Source: an uncultured Oscillospiraceae bacterium (GTDB lineage: Bacteria > Bacillota > Clostridia > Oscillospirales > Oscillospiraceae). From it: DNA of 57,687 bases. Position 1 is the stretch's first letter. Every line of letters begins with the position of its first letter. A program made the translations under genes and the position numbers. Of this stretch, positions 8,780 to 16,919 are shown in pieces. The notes beneath the pieces were generated by a model that searched no databases, had not been told where the DNA came from, and saw only the letters and a list, made by a program, of their open reading frames with translations. The stretch covers positions 1 to 57,687 of the forward strand of contig CAKTPC010000001.1 of assembly GCA_934590505.1 (NCBI GenBank), in the 5' to 3' direction.

Positions 8780-10195
8780 ATGGAAAACGATATTAACAGA
8801 CGCTTTTTGCAGATGCTCGGATGGGAGGGCGAAGAACTTGAAAGCTTTATCCCGGATTGGGAGCTTGCTGCAAAATTTTTGAGTCTCAAAGATAAGGATA
8901 TTCAAAATGCAGTTGAAAACTGGATACCCAAGTATTGGGATATTTCTCTGCTCAGCGTCAGGAAAATGATCGCCGCATGTGTGCGAGAGACGGCAGAGCT
9001 GGCAAAAATGAACAGGTATAAGGCGGAAGGAAAGAAGATACTTTACGTGAATAACACTTCGCTTTTTGCCTGCGTATATGCAAACAAGCTTGCCGGACAT
9101 GGGGAACTGCACTTCGCTTACCCGGACTTCATTATGACGACCATGTGGCAGGCATTCTGCGGCAAGTCTGAGGGACAGTTTCCGGGTAAGCCGGCGCTGA
9201 ATCCCGCCTGCGGGCACTGTGCGCTCAACTGCACCCGCGCTACCACCAATATGGATGGGCATGTACCGGAGCCGACCGCAACATGGAACTGGGGGCTGCA
9301 CTGCAATGAAGCACCGAAAACGGAGGAACTTATCGACTGTCTTTGCCAGCGTGATGAACAGGCGGACGTCCTCACGGCCATTCCGCACGATGCGCCGCTC
9401 GGAGAGATCGAGGCAGAGAACGATGAGAGGGTCGCATTCCTTGCCGCACAGATCAGGGAAGGACAGCAGCGCGTCTCCGAGCTTACCGGCATTACGGTCA
9501 CGGATCAGGATCTGCGTGATGGCATAGAGGCTTACATGGCCTACATGCGCCGGGTGGAGAAGCTGACGGACCTTGTGGTCAATGCCGATCCTCAGCCCAT
9601 CTCGGGGATCGAACTTGCGCTGTTCAGCTTGAACATGCAGGTTTGTTTCGATTCCGGAATGGACTATGTCAACGATGCTCTCGACACGGCTATTGCCGAA
9701 GTCGAGGATCGCATACGCCGCGGTGTGGGCAATCTGCCAAAGGGCGCGCCGAGGCTCGCCTGCCATTTCGCACCGCTGAACGTGCCATGGGTCGACCGCG
9801 CGTTCAGGGACAATGGCGTAAACCTTTCACTTGGGAGAGTGTTTCCGCTGGCAAGCTGGATGGAAGAGGCGATAAAGCACGACGACGATCCATATATCGC
9901 CGCGGCGCGTATGTGCCTTATGTGGCCGGATGCGGTGAACATGAAGAACGAGGCAGAGATAGTAATAAAGCTGTTCGAGCATTATTCTTTTGACGGCGCA
10001 CTCTTTGGCTTTTACGACTTTGACCGTTGGATAGGTGCGCTCCAGAAAACAATGATCCGCATTGTCGAGGAGCGGACGGGTATCCCGCACTATTATCTTG
10101 AGGGAGAGTTCTGGGATGGCAGCAGGTATAATATTGACAACCGTATATCCATCATACGCAGCATATGCAGCTGCCTGAAGATATCCAATCTTTGA
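8780..10195 (+). CDS. 2-hydroxyacyl-CoA dehydratase / benzoyl-CoA reductase family protein, alpha (HgdA-like) subunit, copy 1
   Basis: 471 aa. Paralogue of 15480-16919 (FYDFDRWIGALQKTMIRIVEERTGIPHYYLEGEFWD vs FFDFDRWLGAQQKIMAKIVEEKTGVPSYYIEADFWD). Cys motifs CGHCALNC and WGLHCNEAPKT. Start placed at the second ATG (GGGGG SD 8 nt upstream); the tracked start is 8765. Confidence 0.75.
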   Translation: MENDINRRFLQMLGWEGEELESFIPDWELAAKFLSLKDKDIQNAVENWIPKYWDISLLSVRKMIAACVRETAELAKMNRYKAEGKKILYVNNTSLFACVYANKLAGHGELHFAYPDFIMTTMWQAFCGKSEGQFPGKPALNPACGHCALNCTRATTNMDGHVPEPTATWNWGLHCNEAPKTEELIDCLCQRDEQADVLTAIPHDAPLGEIEAENDERVAFLAAQIREGQQRVSELTGITVTDQDLRDGIEAYMAYMRRVEKLTDLVVNADPQPISGIELALFSLNMQVCFDSGMDYVNDALDTAIAEVEDRIRRGVGNLPKGAPRLACHFAPLNVPWVDRAFRDNGVNLSLGRVFPLASWMEEAIKHDDDPYIAAARMCLMWPDAVNMKNEAEIVIKLFEHYSFDGALFGFYDFDRWIGALQKTMIRIVEERTGIPHYYLEGEFWDGSRYNIDNRISIIRSICSCLKISNL

Positions 10196-10219
10196 TTAAG
10201 GCGGGGTAGTTACTGTAAG

Positions 10220-10792
10220 ATGTCACGAGAAAAAGTACTATGCGGAAAAGAGGAGATATTCCGCGTCGCTATCGGAATAGTTGACAGCGACGGAATGGAG
10301 GCCCTGTCCGTCAGAAATATAGCAAAAGAGCTTGGCGTTTCTCCAATGACGATATATAATTATGTCGAGAATCTCAACGACATAAAAAAGCGTGTCCTAA
10401 TAAACGGCTTTGACAGAATGTATTCCTCGGTGTATGCGGAGCTCAGCTGCTTGCAGGCTCCCGTAGATAAGATGCTTTTCTGCAAGACTATCGCAATGAG
10501 CGTATATAGATTTGCGAGTGAAAACCGCGGAGTGTTCATCTTTATGTTCTCCGACGGGGAGCGCCTGTTCAGCGAGGACGCGGAGGTTCGCCCTTTCTAT
10601 AATAATATCCAGAAGCTTATGAAGCGCGCAAAGGCCACAAAGAAGGACTGGACGATAAATGAAAAGGGATACAGACTTTTCGAGATCCTGATCTTCTCAG
10701 TGTCGAACCAGTTTGCGGCAGGGACAAAGTCACTGAGTGAAAAAGAGTACGGAGAGCTTATAGACTATTATCTGACAAGGTGCATCAGCTGA
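10220..10792 (+). CDS. TetR/AcrR-family transcriptional regulator
   Basis: N-terminal HTH ALSVRNIAKELGVSPMTIYNYVEN. 190 aa. Markedly lower GC than its neighbours (23/60 G+C in line 10321-10380). Confidence 0.85.
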   Translation: MSREKVLCGKEEIFRVAIGIVDSDGMEALSVRNIAKELGVSPMTIYNYVENLNDIKKRVLINGFDRMYSSVYAELSCLQAPVDKMLFCKTIAMSVYRFASENRGVFIFMFSDGERLFSEDAEVRPFYNNIQKLMKRAKATKKDWTINEKGYRLFEILIFSVSNQFAAGTKSLSEKEYGELIDYYLTRCIS

Positions 10793-10863
10793 CAGTGCGC
10801 GGCGCGTGCTGAAGAAAACTTTTAATCCGGCAAGCTATTTTGGCGCTGAACGTAAATATGCTA

Positions 10864-10892
10864 TTGACATTTATGTGACAAAAGTATATTAT
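10864..10892 (+). promoter_or_regulatory. SigA-type promoter for beta1 / small ORFs / activase
   Basis: TTGACA (10864-10869), 17-nt spacer, TATTAT (10887-10892). It overlaps the TTGACA-N6-TGACAA motif. Confidence 0.45.
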
Positions 10893-10955
10893 AGAAGAGA
10901 AAGTTTACAGCGTACATTTTAGCGCGCCCGGCACATATACAAGGAGGCGCGGCAA

Positions 10956-12113
10956 GTGATCAAAAATATTTTTGACAAACTGTCCGACATAGAAGAGCGG
11001 AGACAGAACGAGATAGCACAGCAGAAAAAAGAGGGAGTTCCCCTTGTCGTTTATAACAGCACCTTTGTACCGGAGGAGTTTATCCGTGCCGCGGGAGCAA
11101 ATACATATCTGCTTTGCAGGGGCGGCGAATCAGCGCCGGCAGCCGCGGCAATAAATGATACGCTCGAGTGCATTAACCCGCTCGCGAGGGCGAGCGTGAG
11201 CTATATCACCGGCAAAATGGACAGCATCGCATCGCAGGCGGATCTTGTTGTCACTGCCTTTTCTGACAGTCATATGAGCCGCATGAGCGAACTGCTTGAG
11301 TATAAGGGTATAAATGTATTCAAGGTCGGCGTACCGGTCGATTGGCAGCGCAGTATTTCCTTTGATTATTACTTGAGTTCACTGCGCACGATGCAGCGCC
11401 GTGTTGAAGAGCTCACCGGGAAAAAGACTGATATGGAGCTCGCGAGGGAAAATTTCGCGCGCTCCAACCGCATCAAGGCTTGCAGCCGCAGAATAAAGGA
11501 ACTGCGTAAGGCGGACAGCATTCCATTGAGACTTGAGGATGTTGTACGGCTGCACCATATGGGCTTCTTATTCAACACCGCCGATGCCGTTGACACGCTT
11601 GAAGCTTATGTGGATGAGCTTGGCAATGCCCCATCACTGTTTGATAAGGACGCGCCGCGGCTTTTGATGATAATGCGTGCTGTTCCGGCAGGCGATTATA
11701 GCTTGCTGAAGCTAATAGATGAGACGGAATGTCCGGTAGTGGCAGAGGTGCTTGATGAATGTGCCTGCGTCTCTGACAGCGATGTTGAGCTTGAGGGCGA
11801 CCTGCTCCAGAATTTTGCCAGGAGCCGTTACAGTCTGGCACTGCCGCTCAACTCTTTCCAGCCCTCGTGGAAGATCCGCTATGCCCGCATATGCGAGCTT
11901 ATCAGCGAATACCGGATATCAGGCGTTATATGGTACCAGCTCGCTTTTGACGAGATATATGACATGGAGTATACCTGCGTATCCAAATGGCTCGGCGAAA
12001 AGGGCATGCCGGTCTTGAAAATAGAGACGGATTTTGATTATTCTCAGGATAAGCTCACGGCGAAGAGAAACCAGATAAACAGCTTTATTAACCGTATCAA
12101 AAAGGGAAAGTAA
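10956..12113 (+). CDS. 2-hydroxyacyl-CoA dehydratase family protein, beta (HgdB-like) subunit, copy 1
   Basis: GTG start with AAGGAGG SD. Paralogue of 16919-18073 (GVIWYQLAFDEIYDMEYTCVSKWLGEKGMPVLKIETDFDYS vs GILWYQLAFDEIYDMEFTVLRAKLAKMGMPVMKLESSYEYS). Confidence 0.75.
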   Translation: MIKNIFDKLSDIEERRQNEIAQQKKEGVPLVVYNSTFVPEEFIRAAGANTYLLCRGGESAPAAAAINDTLECINPLARASVSYITGKMDSIASQADLVVTAFSDSHMSRMSELLEYKGINVFKVGVPVDWQRSISFDYYLSSLRTMQRRVEELTGKKTDMELARENFARSNRIKACSRRIKELRKADSIPLRLEDVVRLHHMGFLFNTADAVDTLEAYVDELGNAPSLFDKDAPRLLMIMRAVPAGDYSLLKLIDETECPVVAEVLDECACVSDSDVELEGDLLQNFARSRYSLALPLNSFQPSWKIRYARICELISEYRISGVIWYQLAFDEIYDMEYTCVSKWLGEKGMPVLKIETDFDYSQDKLTAKRNQINSFINRIKKGK

Positions 12114-12192
12114 AGCTTGGCAGCCTTCGTCGGAGTTATATAAAAGTTGGAAAAGCCCATAGAACATATAAAACTGTACGGAGGTAAAGAAA

Positions 12193-12462
12193 ATGGACTT
12201 CAAAACGGCAAACCTCAAGATCAGCGACGAGGTCGCAGAGCTTATGGAAGAGCGCGGAGTCAAGGAGAGCGACGTGCGTGAGATCCTTGACTATGCCGAA
12301 AGCACCGGCAAAAAGCTCTATGTTGAAGGAGAGGAGCATTTCCTCGCGCGCAAGCGCATAGGCAAATTCTCCGGCTATGTCGAGTATCTGCTGACGGACG
12401 ACGGTGCAGAGTTGCTTGATGTGTACAGCCACATGGTCAGATTTGAGGACGAAGAAGAATAA
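12193..12462 (+). CDS. Small acidic protein of unknown function (89 aa; faint DUF4258-like pattern)
   Basis: GGAGG SD 9 nt upstream. ISDEVAELMEERGVKESDVREIL...LLDVYSH resembles the helix / beta-sheet layout of DUF4258 proteins. Acidic tail EDEEE. Confidence 0.5.
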   Translation: MDFKTANLKISDEVAELMEERGVKESDVREILDYAESTGKKLYVEGEEHFLARKRIGKFSGYVEYLLTDDGAELLDVYSHMVRFEDEEE

Positions 12463-12479
12463 TTAAAGGAGACTGAGAA

Positions 12480-12671
12480 ATGAGCAAGTGGAAATGCTAT
12501 ACCTGTAAAGTCGACATGGAAGAAGTCGATGATATCGCGATCAGCTTCGGCGAGATGAATCTGCCTGAGGCGGAAGGCCTTCGCTGCCCTAACTGCGGTA
12601 TACAGTTCCTTGAAAGCGAGTATGTTGTCGATCAGCTTATGAGCGCAGAGCAGATGCTTGCGGGCAAGTGA
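12480..12671 (+). CDS. YgiT-type zinc-ribbon protein (63 aa)
   Basis: AGGAG SD. CYTC-x28-CPNCG (KCYTCKVDMEEV...GLRCPNCGIQFLESE) has the spacing of the MqsA/YgiT zinc finger. No HTH domain follows. Confidence 0.55.
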   Translation: MSKWKCYTCKVDMEEVDDIAISFGEMNLPEAEGLRCPNCGIQFLESEYVVDQLMSAEQMLAGK

Positions 12672-12689
12672 TTCTTGCGGGGGGAATAT

Positions 12690-13493
12690 ATGGATCTGTT
12701 TGCGGGAGTGGACATTGGTTCCACCACTTCGAAATGTGTTCTTATTGATGAAAATAAGGACGTTAAGGTATTCTATCACGATTATACGGAGTTCGACCGC
12801 GACCTGAGCGGCGAGAAGGTTCTCAATGCGGCGCTGGAAGAGATCGGCGCGAAGCTCGAAGATGTCAAGTATATCGTCGCCACCGGATACGGCAGAAAAG
12901 CTTTCCAGCGCGCGAATATGGACATACCCGAGATCATTGCGCACGGTGTCGGCACACATCAGGTGGAGCCGGACGCGCGCACGATAATCGACATCGGCGG
13001 GCAGGACAGCAAAGTGATCGAGCTTGACGAGTTCGGCACAGTCACAAAGTTTGAGATGAACGACAAATGTGCCGCGGGCACTGGCCGTTTCTTCGAGGTC
13101 CTGACCCACCGTCTGCTCGGCATAGAAATGGATCAGCTTTCCGATCTTATGAAGCAGTCGACAAAGCCCTGCAACATCAGCAGTATGTGTACAATATTTG
13201 CCGAGTCAGAGATCATATCGTATCTCTCTCAGAAGGAAAACGTTGCGGATATTGCTGCGGGTACGGGTCGTTCGATCGCAAAGCGCGTCCTTGCCATGGG
13301 GCGTGCTGCGCAGATTCCATATGACGAGCCTATCGTTTTCTCGGGCGGCGTTGCCAACAACCCCGCTATCGCTGATATTTTTGCCGACCTTCTGCATAAG
13401 CCGGTAAAGGCAATCGCACTGCCGCAATCCACGGCTGCGCTGGGCGCTGCAATAAGAGCGCTGCGCGAATACAAAAAAGAACAGAAAGCGTAA
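12690..13493 (+). CDS. CoA-substrate-specific enzyme activase (HgdC/BcrAD_BadFG ATPase family)
   Basis: MDLFAGVDIGSTTSKCVLID, IIDIGGQDSKVI, NDKCAAGTGRFFE (cluster-bridging Cys) and FSGGVANNPA. It is the only activase in the window. Confidence 0.85.
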   Translation: MDLFAGVDIGSTTSKCVLIDENKDVKVFYHDYTEFDRDLSGEKVLNAALEEIGAKLEDVKYIVATGYGRKAFQRANMDIPEIIAHGVGTHQVEPDARTIIDIGGQDSKVIELDEFGTVTKFEMNDKCAAGTGRFFEVLTHRLLGIEMDQLSDLMKQSTKPCNISSMCTIFAESEIISYLSQKENVADIAAGTGRSIAKRVLAMGRAAQIPYDEPIVFSGGVANNPAIADIFADLLHKPVKAIALPQSTAALGAAIRALREYKKEQKA

Positions 13494-13505
13494 TTATGAA
13501 AGATC

Positions 13506-13534
13506 AAAAGCGGCAGCTGTGCGCTGCCGCTTTT
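13506..13534. terminator. Bidirectional rho-independent terminator after the activase gene
   Basis: Perfect 12-bp stem aaaagcggcagc (13506-13517) / gctgccgctttt (13523-13534) with a 5-nt loop and A/T runs on both sides. Confidence 0.7.
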
Positions 13535-13554
13535 GATATATGGGAATCTGTTTT

Positions 13555-14817
13555 ATGGAAAAGGCATTTGAAAAGCTGTTATCGCTGCTGCCGGAGTGCA
13601 GATGCAGTATTGCCGCGCTATGCCGCGGAGCGGAGTATTTCTCCGTAAGTGCCGGCGATGTGGAAAGAGCCGCACTGGAACTGCCGCAGAATCATGACCT
13701 GCGCTATAAGGGAGTGCGTATGCTGCTCTCGGCGTATATAGAAGAATTTGCGGCACTCTTCGAGACGCATGCATCGGCACAGTGCGAGGTCACTGTGCCT
13801 GCCCCGATATGCTCGGTGCTTGCGCTGCAAAACGCTGCGCGCGGGAGGATAGAATTTTTTTCATCTGCGTTCTTTTCCCAGGTGATGCTGCGCGGAATAC
13901 TGCTGAACGCTGAGCCGCTGAATGTAGCGAGCTGCTCGAAGCGGCGCTGCGGACTGAACAGAATGAGAGAAACTTTGCTGACCACGCCGCCGTTTGAGCA
14001 GCAGAGCTATCAATTGCAGTTCTCGGCGCTTTGCGACGAATGCGCAAAAACAGGGGAGAGCTGCTCAAAGAGCGTGTCCGCCTATACGCTGAGCCTCCCT
14101 CATGGGAGCAATAAAATGCTGCCGGAGATTACGCGCGAGTTTTATTCCGAACTTTGCAGGGAGCTGGAGATAAATGTTTCCAAGGAGGATATGAGATACG
14201 CCTTCGAGCTGTATGGTCGATTGCTGAAAGCGGGGAAGCGGATATGTCGGCTCAACTCAAGGCCGGACAGAGAGCCGCTCTGGGGCAATAGCCTTGCGCT
14301 TGCACAGTCATCTGTGCTTATGGCGGCGAGAGCCCCGGAACGCTTTATATCTGCGCTTGAGCTTTTGGCTGCGGAGCTTGAGGATGCACCTGCGTTTAAA
14401 GACAGACGCAGGATATACTGCTATTTTATTCCTTTTTTACAGCCGAGGATAGAAAGAAGGTTCCGCGAAAATAAAGTACGCCTGTGCGGAAATGCCGCTT
14501 TCATAAATATCGGGAGTTCTGCCGGATTTGATATCGCCTGGGCGACAGCCGCGTGGGCGGAGAGCCTGATAGGCCGCGCGTCGCCGGAAAAACAAAGCAC
14601 CGCCATAGCCGAGGAAATGGCAAATGGCGGGTTTGATACCTATCTGACCGGTATGTTTTCTTTTGACCGCTGTTTAGGCGCGTCCGTCCCAATGCAGAGA
14701 AAGATACTCACGGAGAAATATGGGATAAAAACGATCGTCCTCAATGCGGATTTCTGGTGCGAGAATGAAATGTTCGGAAATCTCCAGGAGCGTATCGATC
14801 AGATCTGTATGTGCTGA
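13555..14817 (+). CDS. Divergent, orphan 2-hydroxyacyl-CoA dehydratase family alpha-like protein (copy 3)
   Basis: C-terminal FSFDRCLGASVPMQRKILTEKYGIKTIVLNADFWCE aligns with the FDFDRW...ADFWD block of alpha1/alpha2. CSKRRCGLNRMR and LCDECAKT correspond to CRHCPLNKMR and NCDEGPKT. Weak SD, and it lies directly behind a terminator. Confidence 0.6.
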   Translation: MEKAFEKLLSLLPECRCSIAALCRGAEYFSVSAGDVERAALELPQNHDLRYKGVRMLLSAYIEEFAALFETHASAQCEVTVPAPICSVLALQNAARGRIEFFSSAFFSQVMLRGILLNAEPLNVASCSKRRCGLNRMRETLLTTPPFEQQSYQLQFSALCDECAKTGESCSKSVSAYTLSLPHGSNKMLPEITREFYSELCRELEINVSKEDMRYAFELYGRLLKAGKRICRLNSRPDREPLWGNSLALAQSSVLMAARAPERFISALELLAAELEDAPAFKDRRRIYCYFIPFLQPRIERRFRENKVRLCGNAAFINIGSSAGFDIAWATAAWAESLIGRASPEKQSTAIAEEMANGGFDTYLTGMFSFDRCLGASVPMQRKILTEKYGIKTIVLNADFWCENEMFGNLQERIDQICMC

Positions 14818-14821
14818 AGAG

Positions 14822-15388
14822 CTATTCGGGATGGTTTTCGTCAAGCGGATGAGTGACCGTCTTGTAATGCTCCTTTAGAAATATCGCCAGATCCTGCAGC
14901 TCGTTGGACATGAACTGCGTAAGATCAGTGCATGCGTTTATAGCCTCTGCCAGCAGCGCCCCGGTGCCTTTTTCGAGGTCCTTTATCCGTGCGGGAAGGC
15001 CAAGGGAAAACGCGCGCTGGAGCGACGCGGAGGATATTCTCTGCATGCTTGTAAGCCTGCTGAGTATATCGTTTTCACTTGATGTGACATCCGCGATTAT
15101 CTGCGCGTTCTGTCCTGCGAGCCTGCCTGCAGATACCTTTTCGTTGAGAGCAGCCGTGAAGGCAATGCACTGATCCAAACCGGCAAAAATATCCATGCGG
15201 TCTGATGCCAGTCCGTCGGCCCACTTTTTTATTTCATCCGACGCTGCGGCGGATGCGACGGAGTTTATCTTTTCAAGAAGAGCTCCGCTTCTTTTGTCAT
15301 ATTCAAATTTAAACAGCTCAAGCTCGCCCATGAATCCGGGAGAGAGGTTTTCCGGTACGGGGCCGCTGCAGTTTTCCTTTTTGAACAT
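14822..15388 (-). CDS. Hypothetical protein (188 aa, predicted all-helical, no recognisable family)
   Basis: Start moved to MFKKENCSG (GGAGG SD). No motifs recognised. Convergent with 13555-14817, with 4 nt between the two stop codons. Confidence 0.45.
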   Translation of the reverse strand: MFKKENCSGPVPENLSPGFMGELELFKFEYDKRSGALLEKINSVASAAASDEIKKWADGLASDRMDIFAGLDQCIAFTAALNEKVSAGRLAGQNAQIIADVTSSENDILSRLTSMQRISSASLQRAFSLGLPARIKDLEKGTGALLAEAINACTDLTQFMSNELQDLAIFLKEHYKTVTHPLDENHPE

Positions 15389-15428
15389 ATTATTCCTCCA
15401 TAAACGGATATTGAATAAAGCCATTCAG

Positions 15429-15458
15429 AAAAGTCCGCCGGGATCCCCGGCGGACTTT
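15429..15458 (-). terminator. Rho-independent (bidirectional) terminator of the beta2-alpha2 operon
   Basis: 10-bp GC stem gtccgccggg (15433-15442) / cccggcggac (15446-15455), flanked by aaaa and ttt. Confidence 0.7.
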
Positions 15459-15479
15459 ATTGATTATGCTGGAGTGCGC

Positions 15480-16919
15480 TTAGCCTTCCTGCGCGTCCTT
15501 GAGAGCCTTGCGGGCATGGATAATCTGGCAGACAGATTCGATCCTGGTCTTGAGGGACTCGGGGCTGTAGTCGCGGTCATCCCAGAAGTCAGCCTCGATG
15601 TAGTAGGAGGGAACTCCGGTCTTTTCTTCAACGATCTTGGCCATGATCTTCTGCTGAGCGCCAAGCCAGCGGTCAAAGTCGAAGAATCCGAGGATCATAC
15701 CATCAGGATGGCACATTTCAACCTTTTCGATCATAGACTCTGCTTCGCCTGCGAGGTTACGGCACATACCGTTGCGGGACCACATTTCTGCGGCAGCCAT
15801 CCAAGGATCGTCAGGGTACTTGGAAGCGGACTGCTCAAGCTTGGACAGTGTGAGCGCATGTGAGAAGGTACCGATAACGCCGTTGTCGCGGAAGAACTTG
15901 CCGACCCAGGGAACGCAGAAGGGCAGGTTGTAGTAACCGACAGTCGGGGTGTCCTTAGGCATAACGCCTTCGCCGTTCTTGATGGCCTTGCGGCACTCTT
16001 TGATGAGGGTGTCGATAGCATCTTCCATGTACTTGAAGCCGGTGTTGAACGGAACGGTCAGGCACTGCTGGAGCATGGTAAGGGTCTCGCCGCCGAGTAC
16101 GGGAGGATTGGAGTTGGTGGTCATCTGAGTGAGCATACCGACCTTGAAGCCCATCGCGCCGGCATGCTTGTTGGCGAGAGCGAGGTGCTCATCGGTAACT
16201 TCGATGCCTGTTGCTTCTTCGATGGCCTTGACGCCGAGCTTCATCTGCTCAGACATGAATCTTACGCGATCCTCGATCATGTCCTCCTGCTCATCGAAGC
16301 GGCCGTCGTGAGGAACACGGGAGACGTGATAACGCCACTGTTTGCCGGTGATACCCTGGATGAATTCGTCGGTCTTGGGGCCTTCGTCGCAGTTGAAGCC
16401 CCAGCTCCAGATAAGGTCAGGAGCAGCGATAGTGCCGGTGGTGTATGCGGCAACACGCATCTTGTTGAGCGGGCAGTGACGGCAGCCATAGGTGAAGCCC
16501 ATCTTTTCAGCCTCGTTCAGGAAGGGAGCTGCGCTGTGGAAGAAAGAGTTGAGGACGTTGACGAGGATCAGATCGGGGAAGCCGATGAAAACCTTGTCGC
16601 CGCCGGACTCTTTGACTGCGTAATAGTAGTTTGCAATCGCGGGAAGAATACCGTAGACGATCTTGACGCCGTTGGCTTTCTTGTTGGGGGTATCGCATAT
16701 CTCGGCAACCTCGCGCAGGTATGCGCCGATCATCTTGCGCACGCCGAGGTACTTGAGGTCCCAGTTCTGGGGAAGATAGGTGTCGACAGCGTAAGCGACT
16801 TTATCGTCTGTGAGCTGAAGCTTCTCAGCGGTCTTTACCCATATGGGATAGAACTTTTCGAGCTCTTCGCCTTCAAAAGCGGCAAGCTCAAGCAGTTCGC
16901 GATTAACGTCTCTAGCCAT
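15480..16919 (-). CDS. 2-hydroxyacyl-CoA dehydratase / benzoyl-CoA reductase family protein, alpha subunit, copy 2
   Basis: 479 aa with CRHCPLNK, WGFNCDEGPKT and FFDFDRWLGAQQK. Its start overlaps the beta2 stop by 1 nt (TAATG). Confidence 0.8.
   Translation of the reverse strand: MARDVNRELLELAAFEGEELEKFYPIWVKTAEKLQLTDDKVAYAVDTYLPQNWDLKYLGVRKMIGAYLREVAEICDTPNKKANGVKIVYGILPAIANYYYAVKESGGDKVFIGFPDLILVNVLNSFFHSAAPFLNEAEKMGFTYGCRHCPLNKMRVAAYTTGTIAAPDLIWSWGFNCDEGPKTDEFIQGITGKQWRYHVSRVPHDGRFDEQEDMIEDRVRFMSEQMKLGVKAIEEATGIEVTDEHLALANKHAGAMGFKVGMLTQMTTNSNPPVLGGETLTMLQQCLTVPFNTGFKYMEDAIDTLIKECRKAIKNGEGVMPKDTPTVGYYNLPFCVPWVGKFFRDNGVIGTFSHALTLSKLEQSASKYPDDPWMAAAEMWSRNGMCRNLAGEAESMIEKVEMCHPDGMILGFFDFDRWLGAQQKIMAKIVEEKTGVPSYYIEADFWDDRDYSPESLKTRIESVCQIIHARKALKDAQEG

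Noticed and set aside
8630-9766. 378-aa minus-strand ORF overlapping the alpha1 dehydratase gene.
   Set aside because: It is antisense to a gene with strong paralogue support. Its sequence is Arg/Ile/Phe-rich without motifs, and it begins in the AT-rich promoter region.
12193-12671. Calling the two tiny ORFs an active toxin-antitoxin module.
   Set aside because: The resemblance is only pattern-level. The putative antitoxin lacks a DNA-binding domain, the putative toxin lacks the expected His-containing N-terminal motif, and the pair sits inside an operon rather than as an autonomous cassette. It is kept as a hypothesis only.
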